Below the pieces are notes generated by a model. That model made no database searches. It was not told where the DNA came from and saw only the letters and a program-made list of their open reading frames with translations. The position numbers and the translations under genes are program-made. A DNA stretch of 64,000 bases. Origin: Rhodanobacter sp. Lineage in GTDB: Bacteria > Pseudomonadota > Gammaproteobacteria > Xanthomonadales > Rhodanobacteraceae. This document shows positions 32,013 through 41,499 of this stretch, in pieces. Location of the stretch: positions 21,186 through 85,185 of the forward strand of contig JBDSWR010000038.1 in NCBI GenBank assembly GCA_039926605.1, given 5' to 3'. Positions within the stretch are counted from its first letter, which is position 1. Every line of letters begins with the position of its first letter.

Positions 32013-32406
32013 GTGACCTTGCTGCGCAAGCATTTTGACCGGCGCGCCGTGAAAGTTGGACTGTTGGCCGCTTGATTGTCGCCGTGGAAAACATGGCGTG
32101 CCAATTGCAGCGCGACCCTACCAGCGGCATCGCTACGGCCGGCTGCAGCAGGAGCTGGCCTTGATCAAGCGCATCAAGAATAACCTGCTCGTGTTCGACC
32201 ACCCGGAAAAGTCGCCGTCGAATGCGCGTCCGAGGCCATGTACACGGTCAACAGGGCCACTCGTTCGCCGCATGGTGATGTACCCGGTGCTGACGCGCGA
32301 AGGCGGTCGTGTGCTCTGTGTACGCTGCAACAGGTACGCAGCCACCGCCCGCAACAAACTCCCGTCGCATGCAGGAGGGTTGAAGCAAGCCGGCCTGAAA
32401 GAGAGT
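32013..32406 (+). pseudogene. Possible decayed gene remnant; identity not recognised
   Basis: Short plus-strand stretches of high third-position GC appear successively in different frames: VTLLRKHFDRRAVKVGLLAA, LIVAVENMACQLQRDPTSGI, GRLQQELALIKRIKNNLLVFDHPEK, VAVECASEAMYTVNRA, MVMYPVLTREGGRVLCVRC. There is no intact ORF with a credible start. Judged by eye. Confidence 0.3.
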
Positions 32407-32414
32407 GAGCACGT

Positions 32415-33848
32415 TTATTCGCCGGCACCGTCGTTGGCGAACGCGCCGGGTGCCGACCCGAAGTTACCGTCGGCTTGCGCGGCCATGTACGAGAACGCCG
32501 CGTAGACCGCCACGTTCTGCGCGAGCTCGGCCGGATCAATCTTGTCCAGCGTGTCGTTGGCGGTGTGGTGCCAATCGAAGTAGTGCGTGCCGTCTTGGGT
32601 CAGCGACAGCGCGGCCATGCCCTTGGCGTGCATTTGCGACAGATCCGGGCCGCCGCCGCCGGGACGGACGGCATCGTACGCCACACCGATGGGTGCCAGT
32701 ACGGTGGCCATTTGTTCGATCGCACGGCGCGCTTCGGGTTTGACGCTGGCACTCATGCGCCATATTTTGCCCGCGCCGAAATCGGACTCGCTACCGAGCT
32801 GAAACTTGCTGACGCTGGCAGCGTGCTGCTCCGCGTAAGCGCGGCCGCCCCACAAACCCATTTCCTCGTTGGCGAACGCAATGACGCGGATCGTGCGATC
32901 GGCGCGCTGCGGCAGATCGACGATCAGCTTGCCGGCGGCCATCGTAATGGCCACGCCGGCAGCGTCATCGATCGCACCTGTGCCAGGGTCCCATGAGTCC
33001 AGATGGCCGCCAATGGCGACGACCTGGTCAGGGTATTTGCTGCCGGTGATCTCGCCGATGACGTTCGCGCCGGAGTACTCGCCGACAATACCGCAGTCCA
33101 GATCCAGCTTCACCGTGACCGGCTTGCCATACGCAAGCACGCGTTCGAGCTGGTCGGCATCGGGATTGGACAGCGCCGCCGCAGGAATCGCGGTTTTCGG
33201 GTCACGGAAGCCGGTGACGCCGGTGTGCGCGATGCGCTGGTGTGCATCCGTGCCTGCAGAACGCAGCAGGTACGCAGCCGCGCCCTTGCTTGCGGCGACG
33301 ACGGCGCCAGTAGTGCGCACGGCCGAACCCATCGCGTAGTCGTGGCCGTCTTTGGCGCGGTGCATGCGGTAACCAACGTAGACGATCTTGCCCTTGATCG
33401 AGGCAGGATCGGCGGCTTTCAGCGCGTCCAGGGTGTCGAACTTCACCACTTGCGCGATGAGGCCACCTGAGGGAGTGCCGGGCGAGTAGCCGAGTGCAGT
33501 CAGTACCAGCGGCTGCGGAAACGGCGCGATGATTTGTCCATGTTCGCTACGGCGTTGCCACAGCGGAAAAGTGACTGGCTCGGTGTAGACCTTGTCGTAA
33601 CCAAGCTCCCTGAACTTGGCCATTGCCCAGTCGCGCGCGCGCTTGTCGGCATCGCTGCCGGCCAGGCGCGGGCCGACTTCCGTCGTCAGTGAGCTGACGA
33701 TGCGGTAGCCAGTGTCGTCATGCAGCGCCTTGTCGCGCAGAAGGTTGGCCGTCTGGATGGCCGTGGCAGGAATCGTCGTGTCGCCAGCGCAGACGATACC
33801 GCTGAACAGCACACCGGCGGCGAACAGGGAGTAGGAAAGACGGCGCAT
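32415..33848 (-). CDS. Secreted M28-family aminopeptidase with PA domain
   Basis: Signal peptide. M28 metal-ligand contexts (GGHLDSWDPGTGAIDDAAG, NEEMGLWG). Confidence 0.85.
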   Translation of the reverse strand: MRRLSYSLFAAGVLFSGIVCAGDTTIPATAIQTANLLRDKALHDDTGYRIVSSLTTEVGPRLAGSDADKRARDWAMAKFRELGYDKVYTEPVTFPLWQRRSEHGQIIAPFPQPLVLTALGYSPGTPSGGLIAQVVKFDTLDALKAADPASIKGKIVYVGYRMHRAKDGHDYAMGSAVRTTGAVVAASKGAAAYLLRSAGTDAHQRIAHTGVTGFRDPKTAIPAAALSNPDADQLERVLAYGKPVTVKLDLDCGIVGEYSGANVIGEITGSKYPDQVVAIGGHLDSWDPGTGAIDDAAGVAITMAAGKLIVDLPQRADRTIRVIAFANEEMGLWGGRAYAEQHAASVSKFQLGSESDFGAGKIWRMSASVKPEARRAIEQMATVLAPIGVAYDAVRPGGGGPDLSQMHAKGMAALSLTQDGTHYFDWHHTANDTLDKIDPAELAQNVAVYAAFSYMAAQADGNFGSAPGAFANDGAGE

Positions 33849-33986
33849 CGGAGCACTCCGTGAATTGAACCGGAATTATGACTGCTCGATCATGATGGTG
33901 TTGCCAAGCGCCGGTCAGGCGCGACGTCATGTACAGCGGACCCGGTTTGCAGATGGTGACGTTGCGTGACAAAGACACACGACGAG

Positions 33987-34018
33987 CTGGCGGGAACTAC
34001 CCGCCGGCTTTTGCTTTT
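33987..34018 (+). terminator. Intrinsic-terminator-like hairpin with its U-tract on the plus strand
   Basis: CTGGCGGG aacta CCCGCCGG followed by CTTTTGCTTTT. No plus-strand gene lies upstream. It sits 63 nt downstream of the minus-strand mscL stop. Confidence 0.5.
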
Positions 34019-34080
34019 CCACCCCACCAAATCACGAATTGGAGCACCGTGCCCGCGCTTCGGAGAACTGATCGCGCTGA

Positions 34081-34491
34081 TTATTGCCGAGTCTTCAACA
34101 AGTCGCGAATCTCGGTGAGCAGGGCCACGTCAGCCGGTGGCGCGGCGGGTGCTTCTGCCTGCTTTCTCTGCATGCGGTTCATCAGCTTGATCACCATGAA
34201 GATGGCAAGGGCGATGATGATGAAGGTGATCAGGGTGTTGATGAACGCGCCGTAGCTGATCGCGACCTCGGCAATCCTGTTTGCCGGGTCGGTGTTGTCG
34301 GCGGGCTTGAGTACCCACCTCAGCTTGGAGAAATCAACGCCACCCGTGATCCAGCCGATCGGCGGCATGATGACGTCATCGACCAGCGAGGTGACGATCT
34401 TGCCGAATGCAGCGCCGATGACGATACCAACCGCCATGTCCATCACGTTGCCACGCATGGCGAACGCTTTGAATTCCTGCAGCATGCTCAT
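34081..34491 (-). CDS. mscL: Large-conductance mechanosensitive channel
   Basis: [46 protein letters not shown] is the canonical MscL sequence. The start is taken at 34491. Confidence 0.93.
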   Translation of the reverse strand: MSMLQEFKAFAMRGNVMDMAVGIVIGAAFGKIVTSLVDDVIMPPIGWITGGVDFSKLRWVLKPADNTDPANRIAEVAISYGAFINTLITFIIIALAIFMVIKLMNRMQRKQAEAPAAPPADVALLTEIRDLLKTRQ

Positions 34492-34580
34492 CTTGAATGT
34501 CCCGTTGGATTTGCCGGATGGCGCGCCGACTTTAGCGCGACGGAGTTGCAGCGGGGGTGAAGAGGTTTGCCGCCCGTCTT

Positions 34581-35267
34581 TCACACGATCCGCGTGTCCA
34601 GCGTGGCCACCCCGACCAGCTCGGCGTGCACCAGGTCACCGCGCTGCAATGCAGCCACGCCCGCTGGAGTACCGGTGAAGATCAGATCTCCGGCTTTCAG
34701 TGCAAACAACGTCGACAGCGCCGCGATGATTTGCGGCACACCGTGCGTCATTTCACCGAGCGAGGCCTGCTGCCGCCGCTTGCCGTTGACGCTCAGGCGC
34801 AACACGGTTTGTCCGGTGACTGTTGCGTCTGCAGCTTGGCGCAGGGCAGATATCGGGGCGGAGTGATCGAAGCTCTTGGCGATTTCCCAAGGATGTCCTT
34901 TGGCCTTGAGTTCACGCTGCAGGTCACGTCGGGTCAGGTCGAGCCCGACGCCATAGCCGAAAATCAGCGCCGTGGCGCGGTGTGCAGGGATGTTGCTGCC
35001 ACCGCCGGCCAGCGCCAGCACCATTTCCACTTCATGGTGCAGCTCGTCGGTAAGCGACGGATACGGCACGTCGGCGCCGTCGCTCACCACGGCATCGGCT
35101 GGTTTGCAAAAAAACATCGGCCTGCCGGTGCCTGTTGTGGTACCCATCTCCCGCGCGTGTTCAGCATAATTGCGCCCGATGCAGAACACGCGACGGATGG
35201 GGAAACGCTGCTCGCTACCGATGACAGGCAGACTGGGCATGACGGGTGGTGCAAAGCAATAGTCCAT
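34581..35267 (-). CDS. Fumarylacetoacetate hydrolase (FAH) family protein
   Basis: [29 protein letters not shown] and [12 protein letters not shown] motifs. The start is at MDYCF (35267). The upstream 140 codons of the track ORF are non-homologous. Confidence 0.85.
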   Translation of the reverse strand: MDYCFAPPVMPSLPVIGSEQRFPIRRVFCIGRNYAEHAREMGTTTGTGRPMFFCKPADAVVSDGADVPYPSLTDELHHEVEMVLALAGGGSNIPAHRATALIFGYGVGLDLTRRDLQRELKAKGHPWEIAKSFDHSAPISALRQAADATVTGQTVLRLSVNGKRRQQASLGEMTHGVPQIIAALSTLFALKAGDLIFTGTPAGVAALQRGDLVHAELVGVATLDTRIV

Positions 35268-35351
35268 GGCGGCAAGCGTAGCAAACCCGGCGCTTGTCGG
35301 TGCCGTATGCGGCGATATCCCTGTTCGGCCCTGCCGTCCGCGAGCAGGCGA

Positions 35352-35384
35352 ATGACACGTGTCACCGACAATGTCTGATGTCAC
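35352..35384. promoter_or_regulatory. Candidate operator: a 12-bp palindrome plus an extra half-site
   Basis: TGACACGTGTCA (35352-35363), with ATGTCAC repeated at 35377-35383. Located in the 190-bp divergent spacer between the FAH gene and the ABC exporter operon. Confidence 0.3.
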
Positions 35385-35457
35385 ACTCTGCCGTTGCCAC
35401 CCTCCATCCGCCAATCTTGATTCATCCGGCCGTTGACGAAGTACGCAGGGAGTTTGT

Positions 35458-36693
35458 GTGGACAATGCCGATCTGTTGAAGCAACTGCATATTGACCGCC
35501 ACCAGCGTGATAATGCGCCGCGGACTGACTGGCATGGTCCGTGGATCGTCGCGGCGGTCGCGGTGGTCGCGTTGCTGGTTGCCGGCGGCGCATGGTGGTG
35601 GGTGGGCCAGCGCGCCATCGCCGTGCAGACCGCCGTCGCCCAGGCGCCCAATGCAGGCAGTGAGGCGGGTGCGGTGCTGCAGGCCACCGGTTACGTGACC
35701 GCGCGACGCCAGGCCACGGTATCGGCGCAAATCACCGGCACGTTGACTGCCGTGCTGATCGAGGAGGGTGATCACGTCACCAAGGGCCAGGTACTGGCAC
35801 GCCTGGACGACAGTGCCTCGAAGGCGGGGCTGCAAACAGCCAGGGCACAGGCCGCCGCCGCGCAGGCGCTGGTGGCGCAGTATCGGGTGCAGATGACGCA
35901 GAGCCAGCATGACGCGACGCGCCAGCAGTCGCTGGCCGAGCGCGGGCTGGTGTCGAAACAGGCAGCCGAGCAGGCGCAGACGCTGGTCGAGAGCACTCGC
36001 GCGCAGCTTGCCGCCCAGCAGAAGCAGGCGGCTGCGGCCGCAGCGCAGGCGGTACAGGCAGAGGTCAATTTCGATTACACCGTGGTGCGTGCGCCGTTCA
36101 GTGGCGTCGTTACTACCAAGGACGCCCAGGTTGGCGAGATCATTTCGCCGCTGTCGGCCGGTGGTGGCTTCACCCGCACCGGCGTGGGCACGATCGTTGA
36201 CATGGATTCCCTGGAAGTCGATGTCGACGTCAACGAGGCCTATATCGGCCGGGTCAAACCGGACATGCCAGCCGAGGCGGTACTGGATGCGTATCCGGAC
36301 TGGAAGATTCCCGCCCACGTCATCGCCATCGTGCCCACGGCCGATCGCGGCAAAGCCACGATCAAGGTGCGCGTGGCGCTGGAAAAGAAGGATGCGCGGA
36401 TCGTGCCGGAGATGGGCGTGCGCGTGTCGTTTCTGGAGACCAAGCCGGAGGCTGCCGCGCAAATGCCGCAGGGCGTGCTGATCCCCGCCACGGCGATTGC
36501 GCAACGCGACGGCCACAGCGTGGTGTTTGTGCTGGATGGCAAACAGGTGCGTGCGCGTACGGTCCAACCGGCGCCACAAAGTTATGGCGACTTGCGTCTG
36601 GTGCTGACGGGAGTCAAGTCCGGGGATAGCGTGGTGGTTTCGCCGCCACCGAACCTCAAAGATGGTTCAGCCGTCCAAATAAAAAAGCCTTAG
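35458..36693 (+). CDS. Efflux periplasmic adaptor (HlyD/MacA-like membrane fusion protein)
   Basis: N-terminal TM helix, a long Ala/Gln coiled-coil hairpin and beta-barrel motifs (APFSGVVTTKDAQVGE). GTG start follows AGGGAG. Confidence 0.85.
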   Translation: MDNADLLKQLHIDRHQRDNAPRTDWHGPWIVAAVAVVALLVAGGAWWWVGQRAIAVQTAVAQAPNAGSEAGAVLQATGYVTARRQATVSAQITGTLTAVLIEEGDHVTKGQVLARLDDSASKAGLQTARAQAAAAQALVAQYRVQMTQSQHDATRQQSLAERGLVSKQAAEQAQTLVESTRAQLAAQQKQAAAAAAQAVQAEVNFDYTVVRAPFSGVVTTKDAQVGEIISPLSAGGGFTRTGVGTIVDMDSLEVDVDVNEAYIGRVKPDMPAEAVLDAYPDWKIPAHVIAIVPTADRGKATIKVRVALEKKDARIVPEMGVRVSFLETKPEAAAQMPQGVLIPATAIAQRDGHSVVFVLDGKQVRARTVQPAPQSYGDLRLVLTGVKSGDSVVVSPPPNLKDGSAVQIKKP

Positions 36694-36739
36694 CAAATTG
36701 TTTGCTGCCGCACGACCAGATAACTATCGGAGAACCGCC

Positions 36740-37426
36740 ATGGGTACCTTGATCGACATCGAGAATCTCGCCAAGACCTACACGCGTGGCAAGCAGAAAG
36801 TCGAGGTGCTGCACCACGTCAACCTGCAGATTGCCGAGGGTGATTTTCTCGCCTTGATGGGGCCGTCGGGTTCGGGCAAGACCACGTTGCTCAACCTGAT
36901 TGGTGGCCTGGACACGCCGACCGCTGGCAGCATCAGCGTCGGTGGGCAGCGGATCGATCAGCTCGGTGGAGGTGCGCTGGCGAAGTGGCGCGCCTCCAAC
37001 GTCGGTTTCGTCTTCCAGTTCTATAACCTGATGCCCATGCTCTCCGCGCAGCGCAATGTGGAACTGCCGTTGCTGCTGACCCGATTGTCCGGCGCGCAAC
37101 GCAAGAAGAACGCCTCGATCGCGCTGCAACTGGTCGGGCTGGCTGATCGCGCCACGCACAAACCCGGCGAGTTGTCCGGTGGTCAGCAACAGCGCGTGGC
37201 GATTGCCCGTGCCATCGTGTCAGACCCCACGTTGCTCGTCTGCGACGAGCCGACCGGCGACCTGGATCGCCAGTCTGCCGAAGAAGTGCTGAGCTTGCTG
37301 CAGCAGCTTAATCGCGACCACGGCAAGACCATCGTCATGGTCACACATGATCCCAAAGCAGCCGAATACGCCACCCATACGCTGCATCTGGACAAGGGCA
37401 CCCTGGTCGAACAGGTCGCGGCCTGA
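36740..37426 (+). CDS. ABC transporter ATP-binding protein (MacB/LolD-type)
   Basis: [26 protein letters not shown] and [15 protein letters not shown] at 36740. Confidence 0.9.
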   Translation: MGTLIDIENLAKTYTRGKQKVEVLHHVNLQIAEGDFLALMGPSGSGKTTLLNLIGGLDTPTAGSISVGGQRIDQLGGGALAKWRASNVGFVFQFYNLMPMLSAQRNVELPLLLTRLSGAQRKKNASIALQLVGLADRATHKPGELSGGQQQRVAIARAIVSDPTLLVCDEPTGDLDRQSAEEVLSLLQQLNRDHGKTIVMVTHDPKAAEYATHTLHLDKGTLVEQVAA

Positions 37427-37436
37427 GGAGACGACG

Positions 37437-38603
37437 ATGAAATACCTCCACTTGATCTGGGCGGCGCTGTTCCGGCGCAAGACGCGCACGTTCCTTACCC
37501 TGGTTTCAATCCTGGCGGCGTTCCTGCTGTTCGGCATGCTTGATGGTGTGCGCGAGAGTTTCAACAGCATCGGCAAGAGCGCCGTGGGTGCGCAGCGCCT
37601 GCAGACCAGCTCGAAGCTGTCTTTCATCGAGACCTTGCCGCTGGCGCTGCTTGCGCGTATTGCGCAGGTGCCGGGCGTCAAGGACGTAGCGTATGCCAAC
37701 TGGTTTGGTGGCGCATATCAGGATCCGCGCAACCAGATCTTCACTTTTGCGGTGAGCCCGAACTATGTCGATCAGTATCCGGAAGTGGTGGTCACGCCGG
37801 AAATGCGCAAGGCATTTGACAGCTCGCGCACCGGCATCCTGGTCGGCGACAAGATTGCGCAGAAGTACCACTTGAAGGTGGGCGACAAGATCCCGTTGCA
37901 GTCGAACATTTTTCCGCAGCGCAACGGCAGCAAGGACTGGAGTTTTGACGTCGCTGGCATCCTGCATGCTGCCGAAGGCGGGAAGGATGGCTTCCTGCAG
38001 GGCGTGATCCTGATGCACTGGAAGTATTTCGACGAATCGACGCCGTACAACCAGGGACACGTGGGCTGGTACATCACCCGCGTTGCCGATGTGCAGCAGG
38101 CGGACCGCGTGGCCAAGGCGATTGACGCGCTGTCGGCAAACTCCGATCACGAGACCAGGACGATGACCGAGCAGGCCGCGTTCGCCTCGCAGATCAAGCA
38201 GGTGGCAGATATCGGCTTGATCGTCGGCGCGATCATGGGCGCCGTGTTTTTTACCCTGCTGCTGCTGACCGGCAACACCATGGCGCAAGCAGTGCGCGAG
38301 CGCACCAGCGAATTGGCGGTGTTGAAGACGATCGGCTTTTCCGACCAGAGCGTGATGGCGCTGGTGCTCGCCGAGTCGGTGTTGCTGGTGGTGCTCGGCG
38401 GCGTGCTTGGTCTCGGGCTGGCCGCGGTGCTGGGACCGGCACTGAGTGCTGGCAGCGGCGGGGCGATCAGCATGCCGCCGGTGGGTTTGAACAGCTGGTT
38501 GTTCGGGATCGGGCTGATGGTGGCGATTGGTCTGCTGGTGGGTGCGCTTCCCGCATTACGCGCGTTGCGCCTGAATATCGTCGACGCACTGGCCGGCCGC
38601 TGA
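37437..38603 (+). CDS. ABC transporter permease, FtsX/MacB type (permease 1)
   Basis: [26 protein letters not shown]-terminus, a large periplasmic domain and a C-terminal 3-TM FtsX-like module. Confidence 0.85.
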   Translation: MKYLHLIWAALFRRKTRTFLTLVSILAAFLLFGMLDGVRESFNSIGKSAVGAQRLQTSSKLSFIETLPLALLARIAQVPGVKDVAYANWFGGAYQDPRNQIFTFAVSPNYVDQYPEVVVTPEMRKAFDSSRTGILVGDKIAQKYHLKVGDKIPLQSNIFPQRNGSKDWSFDVAGILHAAEGGKDGFLQGVILMHWKYFDESTPYNQGHVGWYITRVADVQQADRVAKAIDALSANSDHETRTMTEQAAFASQIKQVADIGLIVGAIMGAVFFTLLLLTGNTMAQAVRERTSELAVLKTIGFSDQSVMALVLAESVLLVVLGGVLGLGLAAVLGPALSAGSGGAISMPPVGLNSWLFGIGLMVAIGLLVGALPALRALRLNIVDALAGR

Positions 38604-38612
38604 GGGGACATC

Positions 38613-39938
38613 ATGAAAAAGCTCACATCGTTTTTTGGCGGACTCGGTTTGTTGCTGGTGGTAGCACTTGGAATTGCCGTGTGGATCTTCGTGCCCTGGC
38701 AAGGCCTGGTTGGGCTGGTCGTGCTGTTCGCGCTGTGGATGGCAGTTACCAGGCGCGGTCGCCAGGCCAGCTCGATCACCAGCGTGGGAGTCAGTACGCT
38801 GCCGCAGCGCATCGGCTCGTCGCTGGTGGTAGTCGTCGGTATTGCCGGCGTGGTCGCGGTGCTCGTGGCGCTGCTGGCGATGGGCGAGGGTTATCAGGAC
38901 ACGCTGCGCCGCAGTGGCAACGAGGACACGGCGATCGTCATGCGCGGCGGTTCGGCCAGCGAAGTGATGTCGGTGCTGGACAGCAATGCCGTCTCGGTCA
39001 TCGAGCAGGCGCCGGGTATCGCGCGCGATACCGCGGGCAAGCCGCTCGCTTCACCGGAATTGGTAGTGGCGGCAGATCTGCCGGTCAAGGGCGGCACGGC
39101 CGATGACACCGGCAGCGTGCAGTTTCGCGGCGTCGGCGACGAAGCGTGGCGGGTGCGCACGAACGTGAAGATCATCGCCGGGCGCGCGTTCAAACCGGGT
39201 CTGCGCGAGCTGGTGGTGGGCACCGGCGCGCAACGCCAGTTTGCCGGGCTGGAGCCGGGTCACGAGGTGAAGCTGGGCAATCAGGTGTGGACGGTCGTGG
39301 GCGTGTTCTCCTCTGGTGACGCGATGGAATCGGAAGTGTGGGGTGATGCCAGCACGATCGCGTCCACTTACCGGCGTGGCAACAGCCGTGGGTCGGTAAC
39401 GGTGCGACTGACCGACCCGGGTGCGTTTGCCGCGTTCAAGGCGGCGCTGGTCAGCAACCCGCAGATCAAGGTGGACGTCGACACCACGCTCGATTATTTC
39501 AGCAAACAGTCCGAAACGATGACCAAGGTGATCCGCGTCGTCGGCATGGTGGTGGGAGTGATCATGGCCATCGGCGCCTTGTTCGGTGCGCTCAACACGA
39601 TGTTTGCCACGGTGGCTTCGCGTGCGCGCGAAATTGCCACGTTGCGCGCGATCGGTTTCCGCGGATTGCCCGTCGTGGTCGCGGTCATGCTGGAAACGAT
39701 GTTGCTCGCCCTGCTTGGCGGCGTTCTCGGCGGTGTGATCGCGTGGCTGATCTTCAACGGTTACACCGCCTCCACCCTGGGTGGTGGCGTCGGCCAGTTG
39801 ACGTTCCAGTTCAAGGTCTCCCCGCAACTGCTGTGGACCGGAATCAAATGGGCGCTGGCGATTGGCTTCGTGGGGGGCCTGTTTCCGGCCGTGCGCGCCG
39901 CACGCTTGCCGGTGACCGCGGCGTTGCGCGAGCTATAG
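38613..39938 (+). CDS. ABC transporter permease, FtsX/MacB type (permease 2)
   Basis: Same architecture as permease 1 but a divergent sequence. An extra hydrophobic N-terminal 42 aa is present if ATG at 38613 is used. ATG at 38739 is the alternative start. Confidence 0.85.
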   Translation: MKKLTSFFGGLGLLLVVALGIAVWIFVPWQGLVGLVVLFALWMAVTRRGRQASSITSVGVSTLPQRIGSSLVVVVGIAGVVAVLVALLAMGEGYQDTLRRSGNEDTAIVMRGGSASEVMSVLDSNAVSVIEQAPGIARDTAGKPLASPELVVAADLPVKGGTADDTGSVQFRGVGDEAWRVRTNVKIIAGRAFKPGLRELVVGTGAQRQFAGLEPGHEVKLGNQVWTVVGVFSSGDAMESEVWGDASTIASTYRRGNSRGSVTVRLTDPGAFAAFKAALVSNPQIKVDVDTTLDYFSKQSETMTKVIRVVGMVVGVIMAIGALFGALNTMFATVASRAREIATLRAIGFRGLPVVVAVMLETMLLALLGGVLGGVIAWLIFNGYTASTLGGGVGQLTFQFKVSPQLLWTGIKWALAIGFVGGLFPAVRAARLPVTAALREL

Positions 39939-39993
39939 GCGACGACTCCACGGACGAACAAGGGTCCGCGCACGAACTCCTGCCTACTTCTGG

Positions 39994-41406
39994 TCAGGGC
40001 ATTACCGGCGGCACGTAGTCCAGCGTCAGCCCGAACAGCCACAGCAATCCGAGTACCAGCGGCAGATGCACCAGGAATTGCATGAAGGTATAGCCGACGA
40101 CGTCGCGCGCGCGCAGGCCGAGCACGCCCAGCAGCGGCAGCATCCAGAACGGGTTGATCAGGTTGGGTATGGCCTCGGCGGCGTTGTACACCTGTACCGC
40201 CCAGCCCAGGTGCACGTGCAGTTCGTTCGCCGCCTGCATGACGTAAGGCGCCTCCACCAGCCATTTGCCGCCACCGGAGGGTACGAAGAAGCCCAGGATC
40301 GACGAGTACGCGCCCATCACCAGCGGGAACGTGTCGGTGGTGGCAACGTGCACAAACAGGTTGGACAGTCGATGTGCCAGCGTTTGCCCGCCGAACCCCG
40401 AAGCCTTGGTGAGCAGCGCAGCGATCCCGCCGTACAGCGGGAACTGGATCAGCACGCCCGTCGTACTGGGCACTGCGCGCGTCACCGCATCGAGAAAGCT
40501 GCGCGGGCGCCAATGCAGCAGGATCGCGACAGTCAGGAACAGCAGGTTGTAGGTGTTGAGGTTGGAGATGGCCAGGACCGCCGACTTGCTGGCGAACTCG
40601 TGACCGAGCCAACCCAAGCCCAGCAGGCCGATCGCCAGCGACAGCAGTGGGCTGTATTCCAGCCACTCGCCCGGCCGGCTGCGCGGTGGCAACGCCGGAG
40701 TCGAGTCCGCCGGCACATTGAACATCTGCGCGGTGCGCGCGTTTGCGTCAGACGGTGCGGTAAACCAGCACACCAGCAGCGACACCACGATCAGGATCGC
40801 GGTCAGCGCAATTGACTGCCACAGGAAAATCGTCTGGCTGAACGGCAACACGCCGGTGATCGCAATCAGGCCCGGTGGCATGCTGCCCGGGTTGGCCTGC
40901 AATTGCGCGGCAGATGACGACAGGCCCATCGCCCAAATCGCACCCAGTCCGAGATAAGCGGCGGCGCCGGCCGCGCGATAGTCCATGCGCAGGTCGCTGC
41001 GCCGTGCGATGGCACGCACCAGCAGGCCGCCGAAGATCAACGAAAAGCCCCAGCTCAACAGCGACGCCAGCATGCTGACCAGAGCGATATACACGATCGC
41101 GCCGCGTCCGCTGCGTGGCGCGCGTGCCAGCACGTTGATGAAGCGCTCCACCACCGGCGCCGTGGCCAGCACGTAGCCGCCGATGACCACAAACGCCATC
41201 TGCATGGTGAACGGAATCAGGCTCCAGAAGCCGTCGCCGAACGCGTTCATCGTTGCTACGGGTGACGCGCCAAAACCCAGCGCCGCCAACGCAACGATGG
41301 TCACGCCAAGCGCGGCAAACACCCACGCGTCCGGAAACCAGCGCTCCGACCATGCTGCGCTGCGCAGTGCCGCACGCGCCATCCAGCCTTCATTCGTTGC
41401 CTGCAT
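39994..41406 (-). CDS. Short-chain fatty acid transporter (AtoE family)
   Basis: WSERWFPDAWVFAALGV, FGDGFWSLIPFTMQMAFVVIGGYV and a polytopic body. The start is at MQATNEG (41406). Confidence 0.85.
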   Translation of the reverse strand: MQATNEGWMARAALRSAAWSERWFPDAWVFAALGVTIVALAALGFGASPVATMNAFGDGFWSLIPFTMQMAFVVIGGYVLATAPVVERFINVLARAPRSGRGAIVYIALVSMLASLLSWGFSLIFGGLLVRAIARRSDLRMDYRAAGAAAYLGLGAIWAMGLSSSAAQLQANPGSMPPGLIAITGVLPFSQTIFLWQSIALTAILIVVSLLVCWFTAPSDANARTAQMFNVPADSTPALPPRSRPGEWLEYSPLLSLAIGLLGLGWLGHEFASKSAVLAISNLNTYNLLFLTVAILLHWRPRSFLDAVTRAVPSTTGVLIQFPLYGGIAALLTKASGFGGQTLAHRLSNLFVHVATTDTFPLVMGAYSSILGFFVPSGGGKWLVEAPYVMQAANELHVHLGWAVQVYNAAEAIPNLINPFWMLPLLGVLGLRARDVVGYTFMQFLVHLPLVLGLLWLFGLTLDYVPPVMP

Positions 41407-41499
41407 GCCGCGCTCCCCTTTCAGGACACCACATCGTTGCGCGCTCGCAACCATTTTCGCAAGCCGACCAACGTCGAAGAAGGCGCGCGTCACCCTGGG

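Noticed and set aside
31375-32414. The macro-domain protein plus the neighbouring remnant as a DarT/DarG-like toxin-antitoxin pair.
   Set aside because: - The macro protein is a 177-aa stand-alone YmdB-type enzyme without a DarG C-terminal domain.
- The neighbouring signal is divergent rather than co-directional.
- It shows no DarT-like sequence that I can recognise.
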